Below, in pieces: positions 49,671 to 59,972 of a stretch of DNA of 64,000 nt. Source of the DNA: an uncultured Pseudomonadales bacterium (GTDB lineage: Bacteria > Patescibacteriota > Microgenomatia > UBA1400 > PJMF01). How positions within the stretch are numbered: the stretch's first letter is position 1; every line of letters begins with the position of its first letter. The position numbers and the translations under genes are program-made. The stretch lies in contig CAYTIA010000004.1 of assembly GCA_964437755.1 (NCBI GenBank), positions 11,687-75,686 of the forward strand, given 5' to 3'. The notes beneath the pieces are model-generated. The model was not told the origin of the DNA, did no database searches, and was given only the letters and a program-made list of their open reading frames with translations.

Positions 49671-52373
49671 ATGACAGACAAAGACATCACAAACTCAACT
49701 TTACCAGAAGATGATCAATCACTCACTGAAGTTGATGCTCAAGAATCAACAACCAACGGAAGTTTAGTTGGCACAACCACTGAAACAGACTTCGGAAAAG
49801 TAAGACATACTTCCATAGTTAACGAGATGGAAAAATCTTATCTAGATTATGCCATGAGTGTGATCGTTTCTCGTGCTTTACCAGATGTTCGCGATGGCCT
49901 AAAACCTGTCCAAAGACGTATCTTATACTCGATGTATAAGAGTGGTATTCACCATACTTCAGGTTACAAGAAATGTGCTCGCATTGTAGGAGACGTTTTA
50001 GGTAAATACCATCCTCATGGAGATAGCTCGGTTTATCTAGCATTAGTACGTCTAGCTCAAGATTTTAATGTTCGCTATCCACTTGTTGACGGCCAAGGAA
50101 ACTTTGGCTCTATTGATGGTGACAGCCCCGCCGCAATGCGTTACACCGAAGCCAGGCTTGATAAAATCTCTCAAGAAATTCTTGAAGATATCAACAAACA
50201 AACTGTTCCTCTTAACGATAACTTTGATGGTTCCCTCCAAGAACCAACTGTTTTACCAGGAAAACTCCCCAACCTTTTGCTTATGGGAGCTGAGGGTATT
50301 GCTGTTGGCATGGCCACCAAAATTCCTCCTCACAATCTTAAAGAAGTGTGTAGCGCAGTTATTGAAATGATTAACAAAGGAGAGGTTGAAATAAGTGATG
50401 ACCAACTTGCCATCAATAATTTATTTTCTAATGAGATCGATCCTGAATTATTGGCCAAACTAGTAACCACGCTTCTGGAACTTGAACCAAGAGAAATTGC
50501 TGGTCAGTTTGGAAGCAATATTACTACAGATGAAATTATGGAGTTTATTCAGGGTCCTGACTTTCCAACTGGAGCAATTATTTATGATTTCAATGAAATT
50601 AAAGAGGCTTATGTTAAGGGAAAAGGTCGAGTAATCATTCGCTCAAAAGCAGAGATTGTTGAGAACAAAAATCATTTTGAGATTGTTGTTTCTGAAATTC
50701 CTTATCAAGTTAATAAATCGCGTCTCATTGAGCAGATCGCCGATTTAGTTAGAAACGATAAGATTGATGGCATCCGCAATATTCGCGATGACTCAGATCG
50801 ACAAGGTTTGCAAATCACCATTGAGCTAAAAAAAGGTTCTAGACCAAAAGTGGTTTTAAACAAGCTCTTTAAGTATTCTCAACTGCAAACAAGTTATCCA
50901 ATGAACGTTGTTGCTCTAAATAGCGAGGGAACTCCGCAGTTAATGAATATTAAGCAGGTTTTGGGGGAATACATCAGACATCGTCAATTAATTGTAGTCA
51001 AAAGAAGTTTATTTGATCTGGTCGAAGCCAGAGATCGCGCTCATATTCTTGAAGGATTATTAATCGCTCTCAATAATCTTGACGAAGTGATTAAAACAAT
51101 TCGTAACTCTGTAGACACGCCAACTGCCCATGATCAATTAATGAAAAAGTTTGGGCTATCAGATCCTCAGTCAACCGCAATCTTAGAAATGCAACTTAAA
51201 AGATTGGCAGCTTTGGAAAGACAAAAAATTGAGGATGAGTATGAGGAAATCAAAAAAACAATGATAGTTTTGACCAAATTACTCACTCATCCTAAACAAA
51301 TATTAGAAAAAATTATCGAGGAACTTCAAGAACTAATCGATAATTACGGCGATGAAAGACGCACTAAACTCATAAAAGGAAAAATTGGCGAGTTCAGCGA
51401 AATGGATCTTGTCCCCAATCAAGCTGCAGTAATTGCCCTAACTAAACAAAACTATTTAAAACGCCTCACCCCAAAAACCTTTAAGTCTCAGGGAAGGGGA
51501 GGGAAGGGGGTTAAGCTCAACATGAAAGAAGAGGATAGCATTGAAACCCTTCTTACTTGTGAATCACATGATGTTTTACTGTTTTTTACCAATAGGGGTC
51601 GAGTCTTTAAACTTAGAGCTTTTGAGGTTCCAGAATCAAGTCGAACCGCCAGAGGCACTGCTGCCGTTAATCTACTAAGTCTAAAACAAGACGAGAAGAT
51701 TCAGTCTTTATTGGTCCTTAATGAAAAAAATGATAAAGATAAATCAATCGCCCTGGCCACCAGAAAGGGATTAGTTAAAAAAACTGCAGTCAGTCAATTT
51801 GAAAATATTCGCTCCACAGGAATCATTGCTATCACTTTAAATGACGATGATGAGCTTGTTAGAGGACAAATTACCAATGGAAAAGAGGAGTTATTTTTAG
51901 GCTCTTATAATGGAAAATCAATCAGATTTAATGAAGCTGAAGTCAAAGAATCAAGTAGAGATACCAAGGGTGTTAAAGGTATTAGTCTGAAAAAAGATGA
52001 TTATGTTGTTGCTTTTGAAAAAATTGGAGACGAACTGAAGCAAGATAAAGAAGCAGCTATTCTTGTTGTTACTGAGAAAGGCATGGGAAAACGTACTCCA
52101 ATCGATCAGTATCCTGTGCAAAAACGATCTGGCCTAGGAGTTAAGATTTCTGATATTACAACTAGAACTGGAAAAGTAGCAAGCATCAGAATTATGACTA
52201 AAGAGCATAGAGAGTTGGTTATTTCAACTGAAAAGGGGCAAACTATTAAACTTGCTAATAGCAAAAGAACCCTTCCTTATTTAACTCGTCCAACCCAAGG
52301 TGTAATCTTAATGAAACTTCCAAAAGATGATAAGGTTGTTACAACTGCCCTAACTGAAGAGGAAACAGAATAA
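49671..52373 (+). CDS. gyrA: DNA gyrase subunit A
   Basis: 900 aa. QRD-region motifs (AMRYTEARL, active-site Tyr region), a GyrA box-like QGRGGKGVK and C-terminal beta-pinwheel repeats. Confidence 0.9.
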   Translation: MTDKDITNSTLPEDDQSLTEVDAQESTTNGSLVGTTTETDFGKVRHTSIVNEMEKSYLDYAMSVIVSRALPDVRDGLKPVQRRILYSMYKSGIHHTSGYKKCARIVGDVLGKYHPHGDSSVYLALVRLAQDFNVRYPLVDGQGNFGSIDGDSPAAMRYTEARLDKISQEILEDINKQTVPLNDNFDGSLQEPTVLPGKLPNLLLMGAEGIAVGMATKIPPHNLKEVCSAVIEMINKGEVEISDDQLAINNLFSNEIDPELLAKLVTTLLELEPREIAGQFGSNITTDEIMEFIQGPDFPTGAIIYDFNEIKEAYVKGKGRVIIRSKAEIVENKNHFEIVVSEIPYQVNKSRLIEQIADLVRNDKIDGIRNIRDDSDRQGLQITIELKKGSRPKVVLNKLFKYSQLQTSYPMNVVALNSEGTPQLMNIKQVLGEYIRHRQLIVVKRSLFDLVEARDRAHILEGLLIALNNLDEVIKTIRNSVDTPTAHDQLMKKFGLSDPQSTAILEMQLKRLAALERQKIEDEYEEIKKTMIVLTKLLTHPKQILEKIIEELQELIDNYGDERRTKLIKGKIGEFSEMDLVPNQAAVIALTKQNYLKRLTPKTFKSQGRGGKGVKLNMKEEDSIETLLTCESHDVLLFFTNRGRVFKLRAFEVPESSRTARGTAAVNLLSLKQDEKIQSLLVLNEKNDKDKSIALATRKGLVKKTAVSQFENIRSTGIIAITLNDDDELVRGQITNGKEELFLGSYNGKSIRFNEAEVKESSRDTKGVKGISLKKDDYVVAFEKIGDELKQDKEAAILVVTEKGMGKRTPIDQYPVQKRSGLGVKISDITTRTGKVASIRIMTKEHRELVISTEKGQTIKLANSKRTLPYLTRPTQGVILMKLPKDDKVVTTALTEEETE

Positions 52374-52438
52374 ATAAGGTGGCCTCGGATATTTTCTTAA
52401 AAAATTTTTGATGATTAGAGAAGAGTAGTGATAAAATG

Positions 52439-52512
52439 TGGACTCAGCGGGGCTCGAACCCGCGACCTCTTACATGCCATGCAAGCGCTCTAGCCAACTG
52501 AGCTATGAGCCC
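52439..52512 (-). tRNA. tRNA-Ala (anticodon GGC)
   Basis: The minus-strand cloverleaf has a G3:U70 identity pair in the acceptor stem (GGGCTCA/TGAGTCC), anticodon loop ATGGCAT, and T-arm GCGGG TTCGAGC CCCGC. It is 74 nt and CCA is not encoded. Confidence 0.85.
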
Positions 52513-52876
52513 ATCAATGTTTTACAATCAGTTATTTTAACACAAGCACAAGTTCATGATAATAAGAATATATTGATATAGATAATTACCTATATGATAT
52601 CTTAGTTTAAGATAATAAGTATATAGATATCTTTTATTATATAAATCAATCGTTTAATATATTCTTATTAAGAAGATATTCAGAGCTCTCTTTGCTCGCT
52701 ACTATTTCTAAATAGTTTTAATTAATATGAAACAATTTCCCAAGAAAGAGAATTGGCAATCTTATATTGTATTTTCATCATAAAAATTATGATGATACAT
52801 CAAGCAATGTATGAAAATTAACATATTAGCACTCTTTTTGCTCATCTGCTAAAAAAACAGCCATTCATTTTCCTAA

Positions 52877-53842
52877 TTAACTATCTAGTTTTCCTCGAGT
52901 TCTTAAGTCTGAGTGATACTTTTCATGGATCTGTCTCAACTTAGGCTGCGTTACGTGAGTATAGATTTGAGTAGTGGCAATATTTTTGTGACCAAGTAGC
53001 TCCTGAACATCTCTCAGTCCAGCTCCATTATTTAATAGATCAGTAGCAAAACTGTGTCTAATACCGTGAGGAGTTAACTGCACAACCAGCTTAGCTTTTC
53101 TGGCATACTTTTTTACAATCCTCTGCACACTCCTTGATGAAAGTCTAGCACTTTCTCCATCCTCAGTAATGTCTGGTTTCTTACCAGAGTAATGAATAAA
53201 AACAGGTATCCAGTTATCATCTCTAGAGCTTAAATATTTTCGTAACCAAATAGTAGCCTGTTCACTTAAAAATACCACTCTAGGCTTTCTTCCTTTTCCG
53301 ATCACTCCAAACTCTTTGCGTTCTAAATCTATCTGATCACGATCTAAACTTACTAACTCACTAACACGCAATCCTGTTGAAAAAAGTACTTCTAAAATAG
53401 CCCTGTCCCTTAAGCCAGTCTTTGTTGAAAGAGTAGGCTGAGCCAATAATCTCTCCATCTTATCTGATGTTATAAACTGCATTGAGGTTGGTTCACCTTT
53501 AGGAAGATCGATCTTCTCTGGGTGAAGAACTTTAATATCATTTTTTACTAACCACTTGAACCAGGAACGAATGGCAATTACATGATAGCTCTGAGTGGTT
53601 TTAGCTAGAGTTTCACCCTGATCATTATCTAATCTATTAAGATAAACTCTATATTTTCTGAGTAAATCTTGATTGATCTCGACTAAACTTGAGCAGTTTT
53701 GAGAATTGCACCAATCAATAAACCTCTGTAGATAATGTCTATAATTTCTGATTGTTAATGAGCTTAAATTTTTTTCAACTTCTAGATGTTCCAAAAAGTT
53801 AATCATTGAAGACTGAAGAGGATTCTGTTTTTCATTTTTCAT
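52877..53842 (-). CDS. xer: Xer-type tyrosine site-specific recombinase (XerC/XerD family)
   Basis: 321 aa. N-terminal core-binding domain (FLEHLEVEKNLSSLTIRNYRHYL). Catalytic motifs R (GLRVSELVSLDR), HGIRHSFAT and LGHKNIATTQIYTHV (Tyr nucleophile). Confidence 0.85.
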   Translation of the reverse strand: MKNEKQNPLQSSMINFLEHLEVEKNLSSLTIRNYRHYLQRFIDWCNSQNCSSLVEINQDLLRKYRVYLNRLDNDQGETLAKTTQSYHVIAIRSWFKWLVKNDIKVLHPEKIDLPKGEPTSMQFITSDKMERLLAQPTLSTKTGLRDRAILEVLFSTGLRVSELVSLDRDQIDLERKEFGVIGKGRKPRVVFLSEQATIWLRKYLSSRDDNWIPVFIHYSGKKPDITEDGESARLSSRSVQRIVKKYARKAKLVVQLTPHGIRHSFATDLLNNGAGLRDVQELLGHKNIATTQIYTHVTQPKLRQIHEKYHSDLRTRGKLDS

Positions 53843-54597
53843 GTGCCAGTCTCATTATAGCTTAGAAAAATGAGAAAATATGAGAGCTAACTCAAGAATT
53901 CCAGAGGTGTGATTTTTAGCAGAGGAGGGGATTAGCTGCTAAATTGACGATTATCAATTTTTACTTGATGTATAGGTGTTTTTAAACTATTATTTAAAAA
54001 AATCTTATCACTTATATACCTTTTGATATCTTTTGATGATGTTAAATTACTATTCAATTATATCATCAATACACAGAATTTTCGTAAAATGTGTAGCATA
54101 TCAATTGGATTCATTTGTATTAAAAAAAATACTAAAAGTTAATTATGTCTTCCTTTAATTACTAAAGTAATTAATACTGATAGCAAAAAAGTATGGTTTA
54201 AGCAGATTAGAATACTGAGAATTATCTTTTTATGAAAAATACTAACAGTCGTATACGTAAACACAGTTTATCTCTTTTTAGACTAATAATTGATATATCA
54301 GTCTTTTATTAATATAAAATTCAGCAATTTACTAGAGATAAGCCTACTTAGAGGCTCAAAAACGGCTTTTTAATTATCTTTGCCTAGCTAGTATCATGAA
54401 ATAAAATTACTCTCATATCTATTTTGTATATGTTTGATAGTAATTGCTAGAAATAATAAGGAGGCTAAAGATTGATGACATCGTGGAGGAGAATTATTAG
54501 AAAAACATACCATGTATTTGAATATTAGATAAATAATCTAAAAACATCAGATTAATAAAAAAAGAAAGAAAATTTAAAACCGAGCCTATCTTAGGTG

Positions 54598-54627
54598 TAT
54601 GTCGCAAAAGTTATATTGTGCGACATA
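54598..54627. other. candidate dif-like Xer recombination site (12-bp imperfect inverted arms around a 6-bp centre)
   Basis: TATGTCGCAAAA-gttata-TTGTGCGACATA; the arms match at 11 of 12 positions. The architecture (about 11+6+11) and internal resemblance to bacterial dif (cGCAtAA-TgTATA-TTaTG) fit. It lies 755 bp from the only xer gene, inside an ORF-free region. Confidence 0.35.
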
Positions 54628-55002
54628 AGAACTTTCTTTATTTTGATTAGGGTCTTCCTAAGAGTAGAGGCCAACTCTCTCTATTCAATCTAGGTTCGTT
54701 CCATTGGTCTTATGATTTTATCTCTCCCTCTCTCATGAGCACTTCTCCTGCAACCCCCAAAAAATCAAATCTTAATCTTAAGAAATATAAAGTTAAGAAT
54801 CAGCATTCGGGTTATTTACTTTTTACCTTAAATTGTACAAAATGATACTTTACTCAACTCACCTCCATCTCGCTCTCCTCACAAGTCCCTTGTTACAGAA
54901 ATAGACCTAGACATAACTATTCAGGCATAATTGTTGTGAATTAAGTGTAAATTCTTTGCTTTTTGTGAATCGGAGCGCGGTAACCAGGCTTAATTATCAA
55001 AG

Positions 55003-55011
55003 TTATCCACA
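55003..55011 (+). promoter_or_regulatory. perfect consensus DnaA box (TTATCCACA)
   Basis: Exact 9-mer match within the 1.5 kb ORF-free AT-rich region. It is a single copy, so its function is uncertain. Confidence 0.25.
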
Positions 55012-55016
55012 TTGTC

Positions 55017-55052
55017 AACTATATCAAAGCACATCATTTAACTATATCAAAG
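55017..55052 (+). repeat. two 13-bp direct repeats (AACTATATCAAAG) spaced 23 bp apart
   Basis: Copies at 55017..55029 and 55040..55052, immediately 3' of the DnaA box. Confidence 0.4.
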
Positions 55053-55332
55053 TATATTAGCACTCATTTATTATAGGATCCTCTTCTCTAGTTCCCCCAT
55101 TATTTTTTTTACCTATTCTCTATTTCCATTTTCTATTAAAAACTGTTTAATAATTAATGTTTTATACATTTATTCTTGTCTATAATTGACTGATTTTATT
55201 TTCAAGTTATTTCCAATCTCAATATACATATATTGAATAGATTACTTAAATTTCATTTTCACTCTACTCTATTTTTTTACCGCAATATCAGCGAAAAATA
55301 AATTCGTTATTAACTCTATGATAGTGAAAATG

Positions 55333-56100
55333 TTACTTTAGAGGAAAAAAGATTAGAAACAGAAAAGCCAGAAAAATCCCCATTAACGAAAACTCTCTAA
55401 CAGTACTCTTAAATAGTCTTCCTCTTAAAAAGGAGTGCAATATTCCAAGAGTCAAGTATATTAACCCAGTTATAAATAACGAGGCATTCCATAATGAAAT
55501 AGGTAATAAAGAAAGAAGCATGGCAAACTCAGTCATAAATAAACTAATCAGTAATGAGTACACCAACAAGTCTTTAGCAATAAAATCCTCAAGATTGACC
55601 GACCACAGCGAACTAAAAACTAGTGGATAATGTACTAAGCCAATCAATAACCCATTCCCCCAAAATGGTAGTTTTAAAGAGAAAATTGTGTTTGTAAATA
55701 GTAATGATGTTAATAATACAATTAAAAAGCCAATTGCATGAGCAGCATATAAAAGTTGAATTGTTCTCCCCTTAGCCACTGAAAAAATATTGCATGTTAA
55801 AAAAAGCGCATATAAACCAAGTCCAAATAAAAAAAGCACTAAAGAGCGACTAAGAATATTGGTTGGAAGCAAAAAATAGAAAAATGATACAGATAATGCA
55901 AATAGGGTTGGTAAAGGAATTATTGTAAAACGCTCATGAAGTTGAAGATCATCAGATAAAGCCCATGACGCAGCTAAATAAGTCAATACTCCCAATCCAG
56001 CTACTCCCCAGTATTTCCATTCGATAGATACATATTGTAATGCAAAAAAAGCAAGTGATAAAAGAAATGTTGAAATAACAAATTTTTCTCTTCTTCTCAT
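55333..56100 (-). CDS. polytopic membrane protein of unknown function
   Basis: 255 aa with about 7-8 predicted transmembrane helices. Its start ATG overlaps the yebC TGA (ATGA). Confidence 0.5.
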   Translation of the reverse strand: MRRREKFVISTFLLSLAFFALQYVSIEWKYWGVAGLGVLTYLAASWALSDDLQLHERFTIIPLPTLFALSVSFFYFLLPTNILSRSLVLFLFGLGLYALFLTCNIFSVAKGRTIQLLYAAHAIGFLIVLLTSLLFTNTIFSLKLPFWGNGLLIGLVHYPLVFSSLWSVNLEDFIAKDLLVYSLLISLFMTEFAMLLSLLPISLWNASLFITGLIYLTLGILHSFLRGRLFKSTVREFSLMGIFLAFLFLIFFPLK

Positions 56101-56669
56101 TCTATAGAGTTTACTTGATTTAACTCTTCAACGCTACAATAAACTCCCTCAACATCATCTAGTTCAAGTAGAGAATCAATTAATTGTTGAAGCTGCTGAT
56201 GATGATCTTGATCCTGAGTAGAAAAAGAAATAGTGCACTGATATCGTCCAATGCTATCTCTTTGGAACATATATTTAACTGATCCTGGAGAACCCAAAGA
56301 CCCCCCCGCTCTACTTAGAACAAATCTTATTTCTGCAGTAGTACGATTTTTATTATCTGTCATACATACAACCATTATTCCTATCCCCTTAGAATCAAAT
56401 CCCTCGTAGACAACCTCTTGCAGGCTACCCTCTTGCCCTTTTCCAAGACCTGCTTCAATAGCTCTTTTGATATTTTCTTTTGGTAGGTTAATTTCTTTAG
56501 CTTTATCAAGCCACAATCTTAAGTTTATATTTGTATCTGGATCACCAGAGCCAGTTTCTCTAACTGCGCTTCGAATACCTCTAGAAACTTTACTAAACTC
56601 CTTGCCCCTTTTATGATCCTCTGCGGCCTTCTTATGCTTAATATTAGCCCATTTACTATGTCCCGCCAT
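56097..56669 (-). CDS. yebC: YebC/PmpR-family DNA-binding regulator (short, 190 aa)
   Basis: N-terminus MAGHSKWANIKHKKAAEDHKRGKEFSK is the hallmark of the family. About 50 aa shorter than typical members. Confidence 0.7.
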   Translation of the reverse strand: MAGHSKWANIKHKKAAEDHKRGKEFSKVSRGIRSAVRETGSGDPDTNINLRLWLDKAKEINLPKENIKRAIEAGLGKGQEGSLQEVVYEGFDSKGIGIMVVCMTDNKNRTTAEIRFVLSRAGGSLGSPGSVKYMFQRDSIGRYQCTISFSTQDQDHHQQLQQLIDSLLELDDVEGVYCSVEELNQVNSIE

Positions 56670-56939
56670 TGTTTTTATCTTTCACATTATTGTTAAGTGC
56701 TTTAAATAAAATACAAGATTTCATCTAGCTCAATTATATCAAACCTGACTAAATAATTCCGAAATAAACTAGCTCACTACACTAAAAATTTATTAACAGA
56801 TTTATTATATATAGTTAGTGTTCGAGTTTGATTTTAATCTAACTTGACAACCTGATTAAAAATCATTATCCTTTGACACAATTGACACTAGAATTTTCCC
56901 TAACTAGAAAAAGTTTATTTTATCTACATCTAGAATCAT

Positions 56940-57746
56940 ATGAAAAATATCGCCCCTCTCCAAAAACAAGCAGTTGAAGCTGCAAAGCAAAGTAGGTGGT
57001 CAGAAGCTATAGAGCTTAATCAAGAAATTCTTCAAGAAAATCCCTGCAACATCAATGCTCTTAATCGGCTTGCCTTGGCGCAAATGCAGTTTTCTCAAAT
57101 TGAGGAAGCAAAACAAACACTTTGTCGAGTACTCGAATTAGACAAACTCAACAAAATAGCCCTAAAAAATCTTGAGAAAGCAAAAAAGAAACAAAAAGGG
57201 AAAGTAGCTCAATTCAATCAATGTTCTTCATATATAGAAGAACCAGGAAAAGCAAAAGTAATTGATTTGACAAGACTAGCAGATAATAAGAGTTTGAAAA
57301 GATGTGCTGTTGGTCAAAAATGCATCCTTGACCCAAAAAAAAGTTTAATTTCAATAAATATTGCTGAAAACAACAGTTATCTAGGAACCTTGCCAAAAGA
57401 GATTTCGGCCAGACTAATTAATCTCATCAATAGCGGAAACGAGTATGGGTGTGTTATTCACTCTATTGAGTCAGATCAAGAAAAATGCAAAGTATATATT
57501 GAAGAGCTAAAAGTATCTTCAAAAAATCTTGGGAAAACTTCATTTCCAATAACCATAGAAACCGAATATCAAGATCCTGAAATAATATCTCTCGAGCATG
57601 AGTTAAAGAACAATCTTCCAATTAATTATGAAGGCGATGGCGATGACGAAGATATTTCTGAAGAGGATAAACAAGATAACTTCGAGGATGCAAATAAATC
57701 ACTTCTCAGCTCATCTATTCAAGATGACAGCGATGAGGATGAATAA
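56940..57746 (+). CDS. hypothetical protein with an N-terminal TPR-like helical region and a strongly acidic C-terminal tail
   Basis: 268 aa. TPR-like AIELNQEILQENPCNINALNRLALAQMQ. C-terminal DGDDEDISEEDKQDNFED...DDSDEDE. Confidence 0.45.
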   Translation: MKNIAPLQKQAVEAAKQSRWSEAIELNQEILQENPCNINALNRLALAQMQFSQIEEAKQTLCRVLELDKLNKIALKNLEKAKKKQKGKVAQFNQCSSYIEEPGKAKVIDLTRLADNKSLKRCAVGQKCILDPKKSLISINIAENNSYLGTLPKEISARLINLINSGNEYGCVIHSIESDQEKCKVYIEELKVSSKNLGKTSFPITIETEYQDPEIISLEHELKNNLPINYEGDGDDEDISEEDKQDNFEDANKSLLSSSIQDDSDEDE

Positions 57747-57765
57747 ATTGATTAATAATATCGCC

Positions 57766-58722
57766 TTAATAAGAGCTTCCTAAGACAATAACTATATCGG
57801 CTCTGTATCTAGATACTAATGAATCTGACTCCTCATTATCTTGAATTTTGTACTTATTAAACAGCTTGTCACCTATTTCTGTCGATAACTGTCTACACCC
57901 ATTTTTATTTGAAACTAAGATACTATTTTGATTATTCTTTTCGCCGACACTATCAACTCTTATCACTCGATATCCAGTTGACTCAAGGGTGCTAGAGATT
58001 TTTTGTGCATAACCAGAAATATTTGTTGCATTTAAAACTGCAATTGAACACTCACTTGAAGCTGAGCTTGGAGGTAGTTGAGATTTAGGAAAAGATACTG
58101 GCGGAATCCAACTAGCAAAGAAGGCTGTGATAAATTCATAGCTTGATTTTTGAATTGAAGAAAATGAGATCTGACTAATTATGTTCTTCTCGACTTCAGA
58201 TTTAATCTGAGTTAAAACTGACTTATCCTCTAAAAAATTACACTGTATTTCTTCATTAACAATAATTGCTTCATCAATTAATCTATTGGTAATCCAGAAC
58301 AGCTTTGCATTTTTTAAAGGTATCAGTTCTTTTTGAGTAAAGCTCAAATAATCAGCTATTGTGCCCTCTTCCATAACTTGATTACTAAAATTAGCCCACT
58401 GAAAAACGTAGTCACTATCAACTGAAAATAATCTTATCTTATTAGAACTTTTTTCTAAAAATACATAGTAAATTTTATTGATTTCAGAATCAGAACATTT
58501 AAATATGTACACATAAGGTCCAAAATCATTATGTTTCTTAAATTGAGGGAAAAAAAGCCAAATAGAAGTTAATAAAATTAAAAAAACAGAAATCAAAATT
58601 GTGAAGATTATTAATAACTTGGCAATTTTTCTGTATATCAAAAAAAAACACTTTATAAAAAAGTGGCTCTTTGATTTTCTTTTTTCGCTTGAAAGTTTAT
58701 TGTAATCCTTCATAGAACACAT
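57766..58722 (-). CDS. membrane-anchored protein with a LytR_C-like C-terminal domain (LCP/LytR-CpsA-Psr-like)
   Basis: 318 aa. N-terminal transmembrane helix (LLIIFTILISVFLILLTSIWLFF). C-terminal segment IAVLNATNISGYAQKISSTLESTGYRVIRVD resembles LytR_C. Confidence 0.45.
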   Translation of the reverse strand: MCSMKDYNKLSSEKRKSKSHFFIKCFFLIYRKIAKLLIIFTILISVFLILLTSIWLFFPQFKKHNDFGPYVYIFKCSDSEINKIYYVFLEKSSNKIRLFSVDSDYVFQWANFSNQVMEEGTIADYLSFTQKELIPLKNAKLFWITNRLIDEAIIVNEEIQCNFLEDKSVLTQIKSEVEKNIISQISFSSIQKSSYEFITAFFASWIPPVSFPKSQLPPSSASSECSIAVLNATNISGYAQKISSTLESTGYRVIRVDSVGEKNNQNSILVSNKNGCRQLSTEIGDKLFNKYKIQDNEESDSLVSRYRADIVIVLGSSY

Positions 58723-58770
58723 AGAGCTATTTAACTCTATGCATTCTTTACTTTAACAAAAATTTAACAA

Positions 58771-59247
58771 CTATTCAGAAGCTATCTCTTCACCAAGCTC
58801 AAATCTCTTAAATCTCGTTAAAACCATCTTTTCTCCAATTTTCCCACTCAATAACTTTATTAGCGTTTCAATCTTGATACTGGAATCTCTAATAAAATCT
58901 TGTTCAAGTAATTCTTCAACTGTTGCGGGATTCATGGCAACAACTTGCATTGCTACATTCTTAGCCATTTCTTGAAACTCGCTATTCTGAGCAACAAAAT
59001 CTGTTTCGCATCTAATTTCGACCAATGCTCCCACCTTACCATTACTATGAACATAGTGTGCTATTAGTCCAGCTGTAGTAGCCCTATCCTGGTTCTTTTC
59101 AGCTCTTGCTAACCCCTTTTCAGCAACAAGAGCTTCAGCCTTTTTTAAATCACCCTCAGCTTCTTCAAGAGCTTTCTTACAGTCTAAGACTCTTGCTCCG
59201 GTTATTTCTCGTAATTTTTTTATTTCTTCTGCTGATATTTTTGTCAT
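58771..59247 (-). CDS. tsf: elongation factor Ts (short form)
   Basis: 158 aa. N-terminal UBA-like ISAEEIKKLREITGARVLDCKKALEEAEGDLKKAEALV and the EF-Ts core TDFVAQN. Confidence 0.85.
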   Translation of the reverse strand: MTKISAEEIKKLREITGARVLDCKKALEEAEGDLKKAEALVAEKGLARAEKNQDRATTAGLIAHYVHSNGKVGALVEIRCETDFVAQNSEFQEMAKNVAMQVVAMNPATVEELLEQDFIRDSSIKIETLIKLLSGKIGEKMVLTRFKRFELGEEIASE

Positions 59248-59249
59248 TT

Positions 59250-59972
59250 CTACCTCTCTTGTTTACCTAGTTGATAAGCCTTAGCTATTTCTTCGACTAT
59301 AAAAGAGATACTCTTAACAGAGTCATCATTAGCTGGAATAAGTAAATCAACCAAATCTGGATCAGCATTAGTATCTGCTAAAGCAACCAAAGGAATTGAA
59401 GCAGAATTAATTTCAGTAACTGCAACTCTTTCCTTAACCGGATCGACTACAAAAACCACATCGGGAGAAGATTTTATCTCTCTGATTCCTTCAAAGAATC
59501 TTTGCAATCTGGTTAACTCTTTTTTTAGTTGGGATTGTTCAAACTTGGTAAAAGATTTATATTCTCCGGCTTTAAACTTATTCTCCATCGAGATCATTCT
59601 TTTTATCGACTTGCTTATCTGCTCCCAATTTGAAAGAAATCCACCTAGCCATCTGGACGTTACATGCATCATTCCGGCTTCCTTTGCAACTTTCTCAACC
59701 ACTTCACGAGCATGTCTTTTTGTACCAACAATAATTACTTGTTTATTTTGTTTACCCAATTGATAAAAATAGTTGTAGGCTATTTGAAGTTGTTGAGCAG
59801 TTTTGGCAAGATCAAATATATGAACACCCTCTTTGTCAGAGTAAATATACTTATCCATTTTTGGATTCCACTTACTTCGCTGGTGTCCAAAATGACACCC
59901 AGCATCCAGCAAATCCTTCAAATCATATTCTGGAGCTTTATTAGATAATTTGGAGAAATCAATTTTTGACAT
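59250..59972 (-). CDS. rpsB: 30S ribosomal protein S2
   Basis: 240 aa. LLDAGCHFGHQRSKWNPKM and VHIFDL motifs. Conserved rpsB-tsf order. Confidence 0.9.
   Translation of the reverse strand: MSKIDFSKLSNKAPEYDLKDLLDAGCHFGHQRSKWNPKMDKYIYSDKEGVHIFDLAKTAQQLQIAYNYFYQLGKQNKQVIIVGTKRHAREVVEKVAKEAGMMHVTSRWLGGFLSNWEQISKSIKRMISMENKFKAGEYKSFTKFEQSQLKKELTRLQRFFEGIREIKSSPDVVFVVDPVKERVAVTEINSASIPLVALADTNADPDLVDLLIPANDDSVKSISFIVEEIAKAYQLGKQER

Noticed and set aside
53843-55332. tmRNA, RNase P RNA, SRP RNA or a CRISPR array in the ORF-free region.
   Set aside because: There is no tRNA-like 3' end or GGGG...UCGACG 5' motif. There are no RNase P GGAAAGUCCGG-type or SRP AGGAAGCAGCC-type motifs. The only repeats are two 13-mers, which is not an array. 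A covariance-model scan would be needed to exclude other ncRNAs.
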